DNA of 64,000 bases, taken from NCBI GenBank assembly GCA_963713865.1, contig OY970208.1:2659047-2723046 (forward strand), written 5' to 3'. A program made the position numbers and the translations under genes. The notes under the pieces are model-generated. The model did not search any database. It was not told the origin of the DNA and was given only the letters and a program-made list of their open reading frames with translations. Below, piece by piece: positions 45,533-54,772 of this stretch. The first letter of the stretch is position 1. Every line of letters begins with the position of its first letter. This DNA comes from an uncultured candidate division Zixibacteria bacterium. GTDB taxonomy: Bacteria; Zixibacteria; MSB-5A5; RBG-16-43-9.

Positions 45533-45596
45533 TTTAAATTATCATCTCCTATTTTTATTAAAGATATCTGTCAAAATAAAATCCATTTTACCCAAG

Positions 45597-46289
45597 TCAT
45601 GGCCCAATCAAATGAATGAATTTCCCAAGTAGATTTTTAACAAGTTCCCAAAGTCGGCTCGCTTCTTGAGGAGCCATAGCAAGTCCCATTGCAATTGTTA
45701 TAAGAACACCTATGCAGGTATGAACCCAATCGAAACGACCTTGACGCTTAGCAGCGTCTGCTAAATAGTCGAGTTTTTGACTTACAAATTCATTTTGTTC
45801 GCTTGATAGCTTAAATTGTTTTTTTATCTCTCGTTTCAACAAGTTCAATGCTTTAATAATTTGTTCCACTTCATATGCAGGTATGGGTTCATTCAAGAGC
45901 TTAAACTTGGTAGGCAAAGATAACGAAAATGTAGTCTGATATTTTTCCAGTTCCTGCCAAAAGTCTGGAGCATCAATTCCTTTCTTTAGGCAGGATGCCC
46001 AAATTTTTGCAAAGTATAATTGACTATCCCAATCGAGCGGTTCAGCGGTCTGGACCTTCATATCATTCCCAGGTGAATATTCGCAGAGGTGATACCCATC
46101 CTTACCAGAAAAATCAAATTGATAATAAAAGTCAGTATCTCGATATGTTAACCTATTAACAATTAAATAACTTGCATATATACTGGCTTCTTCAGACCAT
46201 CTAAAATCAGCGGATTCTAAACCTTCCTTCTGAAGTATCTCGAATATTTTATTCTTTTGTGTTTTTAGAAGTAATAGTTTTTCAGCCAT
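45597..46289 (-). CDS. Hypothetical protein with C-terminal hydrophobic segment
   Basis: 230-aa AT-rich ORF; no family recognised. Confidence 0.65.
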   Translation of the reverse strand: MAEKLLLLKTQKNKIFEILQKEGLESADFRWSEEASIYASYLIVNRLTYRDTDFYYQFDFSGKDGYHLCEYSPGNDMKVQTAEPLDWDSQLYFAKIWASCLKKGIDAPDFWQELEKYQTTFSLSLPTKFKLLNEPIPAYEVEQIIKALNLLKREIKKQFKLSSEQNEFVSQKLDYLADAAKRQGRFDWVHTCIGVLITIAMGLAMAPQEASRLWELVKNLLGKFIHLIGP

Positions 46290-46414
46290 CTATTCTTGCC
46301 TTTCTACTAAATTATTGATTAGCTTCTTTAAATCGCATGCCTAATACCATGCCCAAAATATCTCGTGTTTGAAAAGAATCAAATCCCTTTTCAATAATTA
46401 ACCCGAAAGAGCGA

Positions 46415-47212
46415 CTATTTAGTTGGTTTTTTGGCTTTAGTTTTCAAAAATCTTAAAATGTCTTCAGCTTCTTCCCTTGAATATACTTTTGACGATGTGT
46501 TGTGCTCGTGCAATTCGAGGTACTTTGTCAATTGATTTTTATCCAACAGCATATGTTGGGTAAGCTGTCCATTAATTACTACAAATTCTGGCTTTACTAC
46601 TATCGGAGTCGTAGTATAACGAGCCCAATAATAAGTATCGTACAAGACATGGGATTCATTCTCGTAAAGAAAAAGAAAATGCATCGTAAATTTGTTCTTT
46701 TCAATGAACCTTACAGTATGCGATACAACAAAAGATGTTGTATCACCCGGTCTGACTTCTCTGAGCCAGAAATAGTCCAAAAAAGGAGAGACTTTAATTC
46801 CTTTTTCTCTTGCCTTCTTGTCCAAAAGGAGTTCTCTAATTTTTGGCTCACCCGATAAAGTATCCTGCCAGGCAAATGCATACACTCTGGCTCTTGAATT
46901 GCCAACATTAGTTACTTTTAATTTGGCATGTATTGTAAGAAAAGAACGAATATCAATTGTATCTGAGCGTGACTCATATAACTTTGATACAGGCATTTTC
47001 TCACTCGCAAGCTCAAAGGAATCAATTTCAGGGCTTCCAATTACATCTAAACAAGGTCTAAACTCTAAAGCTTTACTTGTGTAGTTTAATTCTTCAATCT
47101 TTTTATCCTGAGAGCATCCACGAATCAAAGCAATTGATGAAAAAATCAATGAAATTAAGACTGCAGATAACGACACCCAGTCTTTAAATTCGAGTTTTTT
47201 TATAAATATCAT
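46415..47212 (-). CDS. Hypothetical protein with N-terminal TM
   Basis: 265-aa AT-rich ORF; no family recognised. Confidence 0.65.
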   Translation of the reverse strand: MIFIKKLEFKDWVSLSAVLISLIFSSIALIRGCSQDKKIEELNYTSKALEFRPCLDVIGSPEIDSFELASEKMPVSKLYESRSDTIDIRSFLTIHAKLKVTNVGNSRARVYAFAWQDTLSGEPKIRELLLDKKAREKGIKVSPFLDYFWLREVRPGDTTSFVVSHTVRFIEKNKFTMHFLFLYENESHVLYDTYYWARYTTTPIVVKPEFVVINGQLTQHMLLDKNQLTKYLELHEHNTSSKVYSREEAEDILRFLKTKAKKPTK

Positions 47213-47254
47213 AGCAGAGTATTTGTGAATTCGATTTGCAAGTAATTAGCAAAA

Positions 47255-47334
47255 TGGCGGAGAGGCCGGGATTCGAACCCGGGGTACCGTTTCCGGTACA
47301 ACTGCTTATCCCGCCAGCGGCGGGACTTCAGCCA
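47255..47334 (-). repeat. tRNA-Ser pseudo-copy with anticodon region replaced by a palindrome
   Basis: tggcggagaggccgggattcgaacccggggtaccgtttccggtacaactgctta[tcccgccagcggcggga]cttcagcca. Confidence 0.9.
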
Positions 47335-47606
47335 TCTTGTTTATTGTTAATTTTACGTTTAGAGAAACTGGACAACAATCGTATGAATGCTTCCCCTCCT
47401 TTGTAACTTTTTATCTCCTTTTCCCGTCTCATGGCATCAGCTCGAGATGAACATTCCTCCACGTAAACCACCTCAAACTCACCGCGATTTTTCATTGATT
47501 TGGTCTCACCACGGGAATGTTTCTCTAAACGTTTTGCTATATTTTGTGTTTGTCCTATGTAATGCCGTCCCGTTTTCTTTATCCTGAGCACATATACGTA
47601 ATACAT
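47328..47606 (-). CDS. GIY-YIG nuclease family protein (92 aa)
   Basis: MYYVYVLR...HYIGQT...RLEKH...AMRREKEIK; true start ATG 47606. Confidence 0.9.
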   Translation of the reverse strand: MYYVYVLRIKKTGRHYIGQTQNIAKRLEKHSRGETKSMKNRGEFEVVYVEECSSRADAMRREKEIKSYKGGEAFIRLLSSFSKRKINNKQDG

Positions 47607-47622
47607 AGCGGTTAGCAAAAAA

Positions 47623-47709
47623 CGGAGAGGCCGGGATTCGAACCCGGGGTACCGTTTCCGGTACAACTGCTTAGCAGGCAGCTGCCTTCAGCCACTCGGC
47701 CACCTCTCC
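47623..47709 (-). tRNA. tRNA-Ser (GCT)
   Basis: GGAGAGGTGGCCGAGTGGCTGAAGGCA-GCTGC-CTGCTAA-GCAGT, long variable arm, GGTTCGAATCC, CCTCTCCG. Confidence 0.95.
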
Positions 47710-47955
47710 GGAAGACAGTTTGGAGTTGGGAGTCTGGAGTTTGAAGAATCCATCTCCCCCACCCCCAAAATGATATGATTAAATGCTATATAAAAAGAAA
47801 AACATCGAAAAGCAAATTCTTTTTGTTCTATTTGTCCTCGAGTATAATCTTATCTGACTGATTTTAGCTATCAGTGAAATGGGTGGAGACCCTAAAATCT
47901 GGCTTTCTCAAAGCTCAACCAGCTCCACCCCTAAACAATATCTCACAAGTTACTT

Positions 47956-49092
47956 CTATTCCAGAACAAATATATTCTTCTTCCGGCACATCTCCTTGAG
48001 AATTTTTGGCCATACGGTAACGCTGACCTCACCCAGGTGTGCTGTTCTCAACAGGTACATATAGGTTCTAGACTGCCCGATACCGCCACCGATGCTGAGA
48101 GGAATCTCATCGTTTAAAATCGCCTGATGATATGGCAGTTTCAGGAAATCAAGCTGACCAGTCATTTCCAACTGCTTCTTAAGTGTTTCTTTGGTTACCC
48201 GGATACCCATTGAAGTAAGCTCGTGGCGCCGCTTGGTCACCGGGTTCCACACAAGGATGTCTCCATTCAGACCGTGCGTGGGTTTTCCGCTCTCTGACTT
48301 GGTCTCGGTGACCCAATCGTCATAGTCTGCCGCCCTCATCTCATGAGGATAACCATCCTTAAGAGTCCAGCCAATTCCGATAATGAATACTGCAGGGTAT
48401 TTCTGCAGAACTGCGGTTTCGCGCTGCTTGCGCGGAAGGTCCGGGTACATATTCAGGATCTCCTCAGCATGAAGGAAAGTAAGCTCCTCAGGTAAGTCAG
48501 GATATTTACTTTTCTTTAGCTGAGGGAAAAGCTCCTGGGCGTGCTTCCCAGCACCATATATCACCTTCCAGATCTTACGAACGGTATCCTTGAGGTATTT
48601 CAGATTACGCTGATCCGCTGTCATTACTTTCTCCCAGTCCCACTGGTCAACATAGGAGCTGTGGTCATGGTCAAGAAAGTAATCCTTGCGCACCGCTTTC
48701 ATATCAGTGCAAATACCCTCTCCTGTTTTGCATCCGAACTGTCTTAATGCCGGACGTTTCCATTTAGTTGCCGCCTGCACCACCTGGGCATCGATCGGAT
48801 TCTTATTATAATCGTTTGAAATATGGAACTGAATGGGAGTGCGTGAGCCATCCCGGTCCAGCATGTCGTTCACTCCACTTTCGACATCCACGATTAAGGG
48901 AACTTGAACCATCTGCAGGTTCAGCTCCTTGCACAGGTTCTTCTCGATATACTCCTTGATCGCAAACAAAGCCTTCATCCTCTCCAGTGGAGGCAGGAGC
49001 GGTTTGTAATCATTCGGCAGGATTTTCTCCAACTCTTCATAATTACCTATACCAGGTCCTGCCAGATCTGCCTTCTTATCTGATACTGCCAT
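47956..49092 (-). CDS. asnA: Aspartate--ammonia ligase
   Basis: TKWKR, HSSYVDQWDWEK, RAADYDDW, LNGDILVWN, SIGGGIGQSR. Confidence 0.95.
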   Translation of the reverse strand: MAVSDKKADLAGPGIGNYEELEKILPNDYKPLLPPLERMKALFAIKEYIEKNLCKELNLQMVQVPLIVDVESGVNDMLDRDGSRTPIQFHISNDYNKNPIDAQVVQAATKWKRPALRQFGCKTGEGICTDMKAVRKDYFLDHDHSSYVDQWDWEKVMTADQRNLKYLKDTVRKIWKVIYGAGKHAQELFPQLKKSKYPDLPEELTFLHAEEILNMYPDLPRKQRETAVLQKYPAVFIIGIGWTLKDGYPHEMRAADYDDWVTETKSESGKPTHGLNGDILVWNPVTKRRHELTSMGIRVTKETLKKQLEMTGQLDFLKLPYHQAILNDEIPLSIGGGIGQSRTYMYLLRTAHLGEVSVTVWPKILKEMCRKKNIFVLE

Positions 49093-49368
49093 TAAGTTTT
49101 ACCTCCTTTGAATCGATTAGTTAAACGTTACTAATGTTTATTCTGCATAACTTTATATTTTACGGTATTAATCACCTAAAAGCAAGCAAAAAAGAAAACC
49201 CCCCTATCATCTTGGAAACCTTCCTTGCTTTCAAATCAGGTTGTACGACTTAACGTAGGGTAACCCTTCAGGGGTTGCGGTTTTTCTTTATGTTGCGTTT
49301 GAATTGGATTTACTTTACATCAAAAAATTGAAAGCAAGGCTGAAGCCTTGCCCTGCGAATATATTTAT

Positions 49369-51030
49369 CTACAACATCAACAAAGTTGTCACGATAATTT
49401 GTGCCAGAAGAATCTTGGCAATCATCGATGCCGGATAAACCGTGGCATACCAGAGGTTGGGCAGGTCGTTTTGTGCCTGCTGGTTAGCATAAGTCAGGCA
49501 GGCAGGTTGGGTCTGCATTCCGGACATCATACCCATTACCGCAGACATAGGCAATTTTAAAAATCTATATGCAACCAGAATGGTTCCCGCTGCTACGAAG
49601 GTCGTGATTATCGCACCTGCCACAATCAACCCCCAACCACCGGTTTTAAAAATCTCTCCAAACCCGAATCCTGCTTTTGTCCCTATTGCTGCCAGGAAAA
49701 AGACCAGCCCGATCTGACGCAAAACCAGATTGGCATTAAATGGTAAACTCCAGATGATCGGTCCGGTCCGCTCCAGTCTTCCCAGAATGATTCCAACTAT
49801 GAGTGGACCGCCGGCAAATCCGAGTTTAAAGGTCATTCCGTGAGGCAAAGGAAGTGGAATCATCCCCGCAAAAACTCCTAAGACTATTCCCAAAGATAAC
49901 GATAGATAATCGGTCTCGGAGATTGCCTGGACCGAATCTCCGAAAAAGCTGGTTATGCGGTCAACCTGTTCACGCGAAGAGACCACTAAAACCCTATCCC
50001 CGATCTCTAAGATCGTATCAGGAGTTGGAACGAAATCAACATCCCCGCGCTGCAAACGGGTTATAGTTCCATCAAACTCCTTACGGAGGTGCAATTCCTG
50101 AATGGTTTTCCCGGCCACAGCTTTGTTGGAGACAAAATAGCGCCTGTAACTGGTATCATCCCGTCGTTCTTCAATCTGTTCTTTTGCTTCTTCGCCAAAC
50201 AGGATTGAAGCTTTCAACTGCGCCTCTGCCATCCCAACCGCCACAATCAGGTCCTGTGCTAAAAGAACCGTGTCCGGTGCAACGATTTTTACCTCTTTCC
50301 CTCTCTTTATCCGGCTTAGAACAAATCCGGGATGGCCCAAGGCATTTAAAGCCTGCTCAACCGTTTTTCCGATTACTGCCGGATTGGTTACTTTATACGT
50401 GCGGCTGAGAATGGTATCCGAGCCGTATTCTTTCAAACGCTCAATTTTCTCCTTAGTAAAATTTATCTTGAATACTTTTGTAAAAACGAAAAACCAGAAA
50501 ATCACACCAAAGACTCCAAAGGGATATGCCAGGCCGTATGTCACCACCGGACTCTGCAAGTATAATCCCACCAGTTCAGGAGGCAATCCGGGCGAAAGAT
50601 TTTTGATTGTTTCGACCGTGGCTGCCAGCGCCGGGGTATTGGTTAACGCGCCGCAGAACATCCCGGCAATACTCGGGGGTGAAAGCCCCATAAGTTTCCC
50701 TAAAACCACTGCTACAACTGCTCCAGCTCCAAGAAGTAACACTGCAATTAGACTGAAACGTAAACCTCGTTTCTGGAAGGAAGCGAAAAACCCTGGACCA
50801 GCCTGGAGCCCTATAGCATAAACAAAAAGCACCAGCCCGAAAATATAGACATACTCAGGCAGACTGAGCCTGGGATCAATCGCCCCAAAAGCAATCCCCA
50901 CGAACAAAACCGCCGCCACCCCCAGCTTAAATCCGAAGATTCTGATGTTACCAACAAGATAACCCAGCCCGATAACCGTAAAAAGCAGAACCAGCTGATT
51001 AGTAGCAAATAAATCTATAATCGATTGCAT
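49369..51030 (-). CDS. AspT/YidE/YbjL family transporter with two TrkA-C domains
   Basis: GALTNTPAL, YGLAYPFG, GFAGGPL, YATVYP. Confidence 0.9.
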   Translation of the reverse strand: MQSIIDLFATNQLVLLFTVIGLGYLVGNIRIFGFKLGVAAVLFVGIAFGAIDPRLSLPEYVYIFGLVLFVYAIGLQAGPGFFASFQKRGLRFSLIAVLLLGAGAVVAVVLGKLMGLSPPSIAGMFCGALTNTPALAATVETIKNLSPGLPPELVGLYLQSPVVTYGLAYPFGVFGVIFWFFVFTKVFKINFTKEKIERLKEYGSDTILSRTYKVTNPAVIGKTVEQALNALGHPGFVLSRIKRGKEVKIVAPDTVLLAQDLIVAVGMAEAQLKASILFGEEAKEQIEERRDDTSYRRYFVSNKAVAGKTIQELHLRKEFDGTITRLQRGDVDFVPTPDTILEIGDRVLVVSSREQVDRITSFFGDSVQAISETDYLSLSLGIVLGVFAGMIPLPLPHGMTFKLGFAGGPLIVGIILGRLERTGPIIWSLPFNANLVLRQIGLVFFLAAIGTKAGFGFGEIFKTGGWGLIVAGAIITTFVAAGTILVAYRFLKLPMSAVMGMMSGMQTQPACLTYANQQAQNDLPNLWYATVYPASMIAKILLAQIIVTTLLML

Positions 51031-51181
51031 CGATGCTTATCAAAAAAGTTCAAATGCTCAAATGTTCAAAAGCTCAAAGGTTTTTTCTCCAAACTTCAAA
51101 CTTACAAACTCCAAACTGTTCTTTTGGGCTGGGAAAGGGGTCTTCAAACCCCAAACTAACAAACTCCAAACTATATTTCAG

Positions 51182-51263
51182 CGGAGGGCGCAGGATTCGA
51201 ACCCGCAAGTCCTTGCGGACGGTGGATTTCAAGTCCACTGCCATACCATTAGGCGAGCCCTCC
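51182..51263 (-). tRNA. tRNA-Ser (TGA)
   Basis: GGAGGGCTCGCCTAATGGTATGGCA-GTGGA-CTTGAAA-TCCAC, long variable arm, GGTTCGAATCC, CCCTCCG. Confidence 0.93.
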
Positions 51264-51442
51264 GATAATTTACATAATTAACCTCTACTCCTCTTAGTAA
51301 AAATCCCTTTAGTCTTCACTAAAATACGTTTAAAAATCCCCTGATATATAACTTTACTTTTTTGAGTTGTCAATGGTTTTGGTTGAAAAAAAATGAGGAG
51401 TGCATCTCTACAGTCCTGGTATTTCGCAGTGCGACCCTTTCA

Positions 51443-51584
51443 GGGACTGTTGAAAAAGTTCAGAAGACTGTCATTGCGAGCGAAGCGAAGCAATCTTGCT
51501 TCATATTATTCAATAGTTTAAAGATTGCTTCGTCGGTCAAGCGACCTCCTCGCAATGACATCAAAAGGGTTTTTCAAAACACCC
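51443..51584. mobile_element. MITE-like element
   Basis: Imperfect TIRs gggactgttgaaaaa / tttttcaaaacaccc, tttca duplicated on both sides, internal tgtcattgcgag...ctcgcaatgaca hairpin. Confidence 0.6.
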
Positions 51585-51748
51585 TTTCAGGGTCGCTCAG
51601 AGGAATGCAAGTTGTCTTACATTTACCGAGATTTGTGTCAATTTTATATTGAAATCTACCTTTAGAAAAACTAAATTCTTTTTAAATCAACTTTTTTAGA
51701 GGTGGCAGAACTTTATCAACTAATTTTCAAAAAACTAAAGGAATAAAG

Positions 51749-52024
51749 ATGCTCGCTCGTGTCTTATCCAGCGCAGTATTAGGGATTGAGGCTTATATAG
51801 TTGAAGTGGAAACTGATTTATTCCCTTTGGAAAAGGGTTCTGTGACAGATGAGAAGTTAAGAGAGAAAATGAACGGTTATTTAGCGAAGGCTGGCTTAAA
51901 AAAAGTAGATCAGAATCAAAAGGGAGTTATTAGGGATTTTAGAGGTAATGATAAAACAGAGGAGAAAGAGGAAGAAATCACTCCCAATCTACAACCTAAG
52001 AAAGGATTTACGTGGCAAATTTGA
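51749..52024 (+). pseudogene. comM: 5' fragment of ComM/YifB Mg-chelatase-like ATPase fused to unrelated sequence
   Basis: MLARVLSSAVLGIEAYIVEVETDL resembles the YifB N-terminus, then diverges. Confidence 0.6.
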
Positions 52025-52406
52025 CCAGAATCACTGTTTAGCTTTAGACAAAAATCTTAAGGATAAAATCTTATCTCAACTAAAAACATACAAGATAGAG
52101 ACTGAAAAAGTTAGGGTGGAGTCTATTTCTGATTTTCTTTCCAGTATAAGCTTAAACACTTTTAAACTCGAAAATTAATTTGCCAAGCATGCGGATAGGT
52201 TATAAAGATTCACCCCTTCATTTATTATTGAGAAAAGCATTCTTGAAATTTCAATTAATATGCTAAAGATGTTTTAACTTAGGTCGATACAAAAAATACA
52301 AAGAAGACAAACCCACAAAAAGTGGGGGGCTATATAGATCAAGAATATTCAGCAGGATAAAAATTTTCATTAAGCCAATTCTTTAGCCCAAAACAGGGGG
52401 GGCAAA

Positions 52407-52829
52407 GTGGTTCGAAACAAACCACGCATATTGATTCTGAATGATTTTCCAGAAATGGGATGGGTTTTAAGCAGGATTTTAAATTCAAAAGGTTACTCTG
52501 CAGATTCACTCACCTATCCTCCAAATGGAATAGATATAATAGAGAAAGAAAGACCAGACCTCTTAATCTTCGATTTATATTTTTCAGAAGCAATTATACT
52601 TAGAATGCTACAGAAGATAAGGGAGAGTAATCCCTCATTACCGATATTTATCTATTCAGATTTAGTCACTGAGCAATTTGAAAATCAAGTTACCAAATTG
52701 GAGGGCACTGTCTTCTTTCCAAAAGCAGTGAAACAAATATTAGATAGGATCGAAAAATTGTTGCTGAACAATAAAGAAAGTAAATTGGATACTCTTTGTG
52801 TGTCTAAAGATGAAAAAGAGGGGAGGTGA
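52407..52829 (+). CDS. Atypical single-domain response regulator
   Basis: RILILND, PDLLIFDL, LPIFIYS, FFPK. Confidence 0.75.
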   Translation: MVRNKPRILILNDFPEMGWVLSRILNSKGYSADSLTYPPNGIDIIEKERPDLLIFDLYFSEAIILRMLQKIRESNPSLPIFIYSDLVTEQFENQVTKLEGTVFFPKAVKQILDRIEKLLLNNKESKLDTLCVSKDEKEGR

Positions 52830-52835
52830 TAAAAG

Positions 52836-53048
52836 ATGGCAGTCGAAAAAAACATTGGCTCTTCCAGCTTAGTGGAAGTAGTTGACAGAATCCTGGATAA
52901 GGGTATCGTTATCGATGCCTGGGTCAGGGTCTCCCTGGTGGGAATCGAGCTTCTGGCAGTTGAGGCAAGAGTTGTGTGTGCAGGTGTGGAGACCTTCTTG
53001 AAGTATGCTGAGGCTATCGGTCTTACCCCGACAGCAGCTACAGCCTAA
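52836..53048 (+). CDS. gvpA: Major gas vesicle structural protein
   Basis: [39 protein letters not shown]...[12 protein letters not shown]. Confidence 0.97.
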   Translation: MAVEKNIGSSSLVEVVDRILDKGIVIDAWVRVSLVGIELLAVEARVVCAGVETFLKYAEAIGLTPTAATA

Positions 53049-53223
53049 GGTTTATCACCGAAGGGTCTGGAGGAATTTTTGTCGAGGTGTCCTCAGGGGG
53101 GCTAAACCGGAAAGTATACCTCGCCAGAGATTCTTCCAAATAATGGAGTGCAAAACCGTCAAGGTCTTCGACTTGAGCTTTGCCCGTTATAATTGGTAAA
53201 CCTAAAGGTTTACATTCCAAAGG

Positions 53224-54234
53224 ATGGAAAAAGAGATTAGGGAAATGATAACAGTTGAACAGATGAGAGATGTGGCACGGGATTTGATTTCCTCTTATGA
53301 TGCCCGAGTGGATGCTATAGGGACAATAATAGATAACACTTACGAAATTTTGGAGGGTTTTAGAGATAAAAGAGCCAAGCTGAGCAGGGAATTAAAGGAA
53401 ACCCTGGCTAAAAGAGAATCCCTGCGAAGAAAAGATTTCGACAGGATGATGAACGAGATTCTTTCAGATCAGGAAAAAAGAGAGAAGGAGATAAAACAAA
53501 GCTTAAAGAATTTTCTTGAAGAGCAAAAAATACAAGCCGGTGAATTAAGAGACGCTCTGATGAAAGACGAAGCTGACAGGATGAGAAAAGCTCAAATTAA
53601 GATAGAGAAGGGGATAGAGGATATTAAAGTATTATTAAAAAACTTTTGCATACAGCAAGAAGGATTAACAGAAGAGTTAAGGAAACTTTTGAATAAAGAG
53701 AACAATTTGAAAATAAAAGATTTCAGGGATATGATAAAAAACCTATCAACGGGATCCAAATTCGGACAAACCTTAAACAGAGAAAAGGAGGTGAAAAGGA
53801 TGGGATTACAAGATGTGGCAACTGATATTAAGAGCCTGGGACAGGATATGGCTGCCTCTTATGTTGACAGAAAAAGAATGATCGAAGCTCTCCAAAAGGA
53901 GACGAAGTTGAGAGTGAAGGAGGTCAGCGATCTTTTGAGGGGATTCCAGGAAGAGCACGCGGAAAGGAAATCCGAAGTTGCTCAGATGCTGGATACCTTC
54001 GTAGAAGACCTGCATTCTGAGATCGCACAGTTAAGAAAAGAAGTCAGAAAACTCATGGGGGGCATACAAAAAGAAAGCGAGCAAAGGAAGGATGAGGTTG
54101 GCGAAGTCGAAGCGGCAGTGAAAGAGATGCACTCAAGTGTGGCAAAGGTAAAAAGCGGTGCCAGAAAAGTAAGTGCACACAGTCTGGCAGAGATGGGGGA
54201 GAAAAAGCCAGCCAGAAGGGCAAAAGGGAAATAA
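53224..54234 (+). CDS. Long helical repeat / coiled-coil protein, GvpC-like by position
   Basis: Charged helical sequence with two related halves; lies between gvpA and gvpN. Confidence 0.6.
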   Translation: MEKEIREMITVEQMRDVARDLISSYDARVDAIGTIIDNTYEILEGFRDKRAKLSRELKETLAKRESLRRKDFDRMMNEILSDQEKREKEIKQSLKNFLEEQKIQAGELRDALMKDEADRMRKAQIKIEKGIEDIKVLLKNFCIQQEGLTEELRKLLNKENNLKIKDFRDMIKNLSTGSKFGQTLNREKEVKRMGLQDVATDIKSLGQDMAASYVDRKRMIEALQKETKLRVKEVSDLLRGFQEEHAERKSEVAQMLDTFVEDLHSEIAQLRKEVRKLMGGIQKESEQRKDEVGEVEAAVKEMHSSVAKVKSGARKVSAHSLAEMGEKKPARRAKGK

Positions 54235-54406
54235 AAAAAGGGATAGGCATCAAGACGAGATGATTAGAAAAAAAAGATTACCACCGGTTAGTTAGTTGAA
54301 GGCTTTACGGCTAACAAAGTTTTAGTGCTATCCTATGGATGAGGGCAGGGTAAACTTCTAATCGGTGGTAATCTCAGGCTTCTGTTGAAAAACGGGGGGT
54401 ATAATA

Positions 54407-54772
54407 ATGAAAGAGATAAAATGTGTTTTTTGTAAAGGGAAAGGGATAGATCCTTTCAAGATATTATCATCCATATCCATCTGCCCCATCTGTGAAGGGA
54501 AAGGGAAAGTTAAGGTAGAGGAACCATATATAGACTGTGCCTTTTGCCATGGAACCGGAGTATATCCTCATACCAGACTGAACTGCACTGTATGTAAGGG
54601 CGTAGGGGTGGTTACTTTGATAGAACCAAGAATAACCTGCCCGGAGTGTAAAGGAAAGGGTCAGAAACTTGCGACCAGTTATCCCTGTCTTAGATGCGGA
54701 GGCAAGGGGATAATAAAAAAAGAGGAAAAAATTACGCGAAGACGGGCAGGTGCTTTTACCAACAGGGCTTAA
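54407..54772 (+). CDS. Stand-alone DnaJ-type zinc-finger protein
   Basis: Six CxxCxGxG repeats. Confidence 0.85.
   Translation: MKEIKCVFCKGKGIDPFKILSSISICPICEGKGKVKVEEPYIDCAFCHGTGVYPHTRLNCTVCKGVGVVTLIEPRITCPECKGKGQKLATSYPCLRCGGKGIIKKEEKITRRRAGAFTNRA

Noticed and set aside
44933-47212. Integron cassette array
   Set aside because: No attC-like RYYYAAC...GTTRRRY structures between the genes and no intI
47607-47666. N-terminal extension of the GIY-YIG ORF given in the ORF track
   Set aside because: It runs through the tRNA-Ser gene; the family-typical start is MYYVY at 47606
51182-51263. Selenocysteine or leucine tRNA
   Set aside because: The anticodon is TGA (reads UCA, Ser) with a G discriminator; tRNA-Sec would need TCA
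52306-52335. gacaaacccacaaaaagtggggggc as a c-di-GMP-I riboswitch upstream of the gvp cluster
   Set aside because: Lacks the GAAA tetraloop, the GACGCAAAGC segment and a second stem
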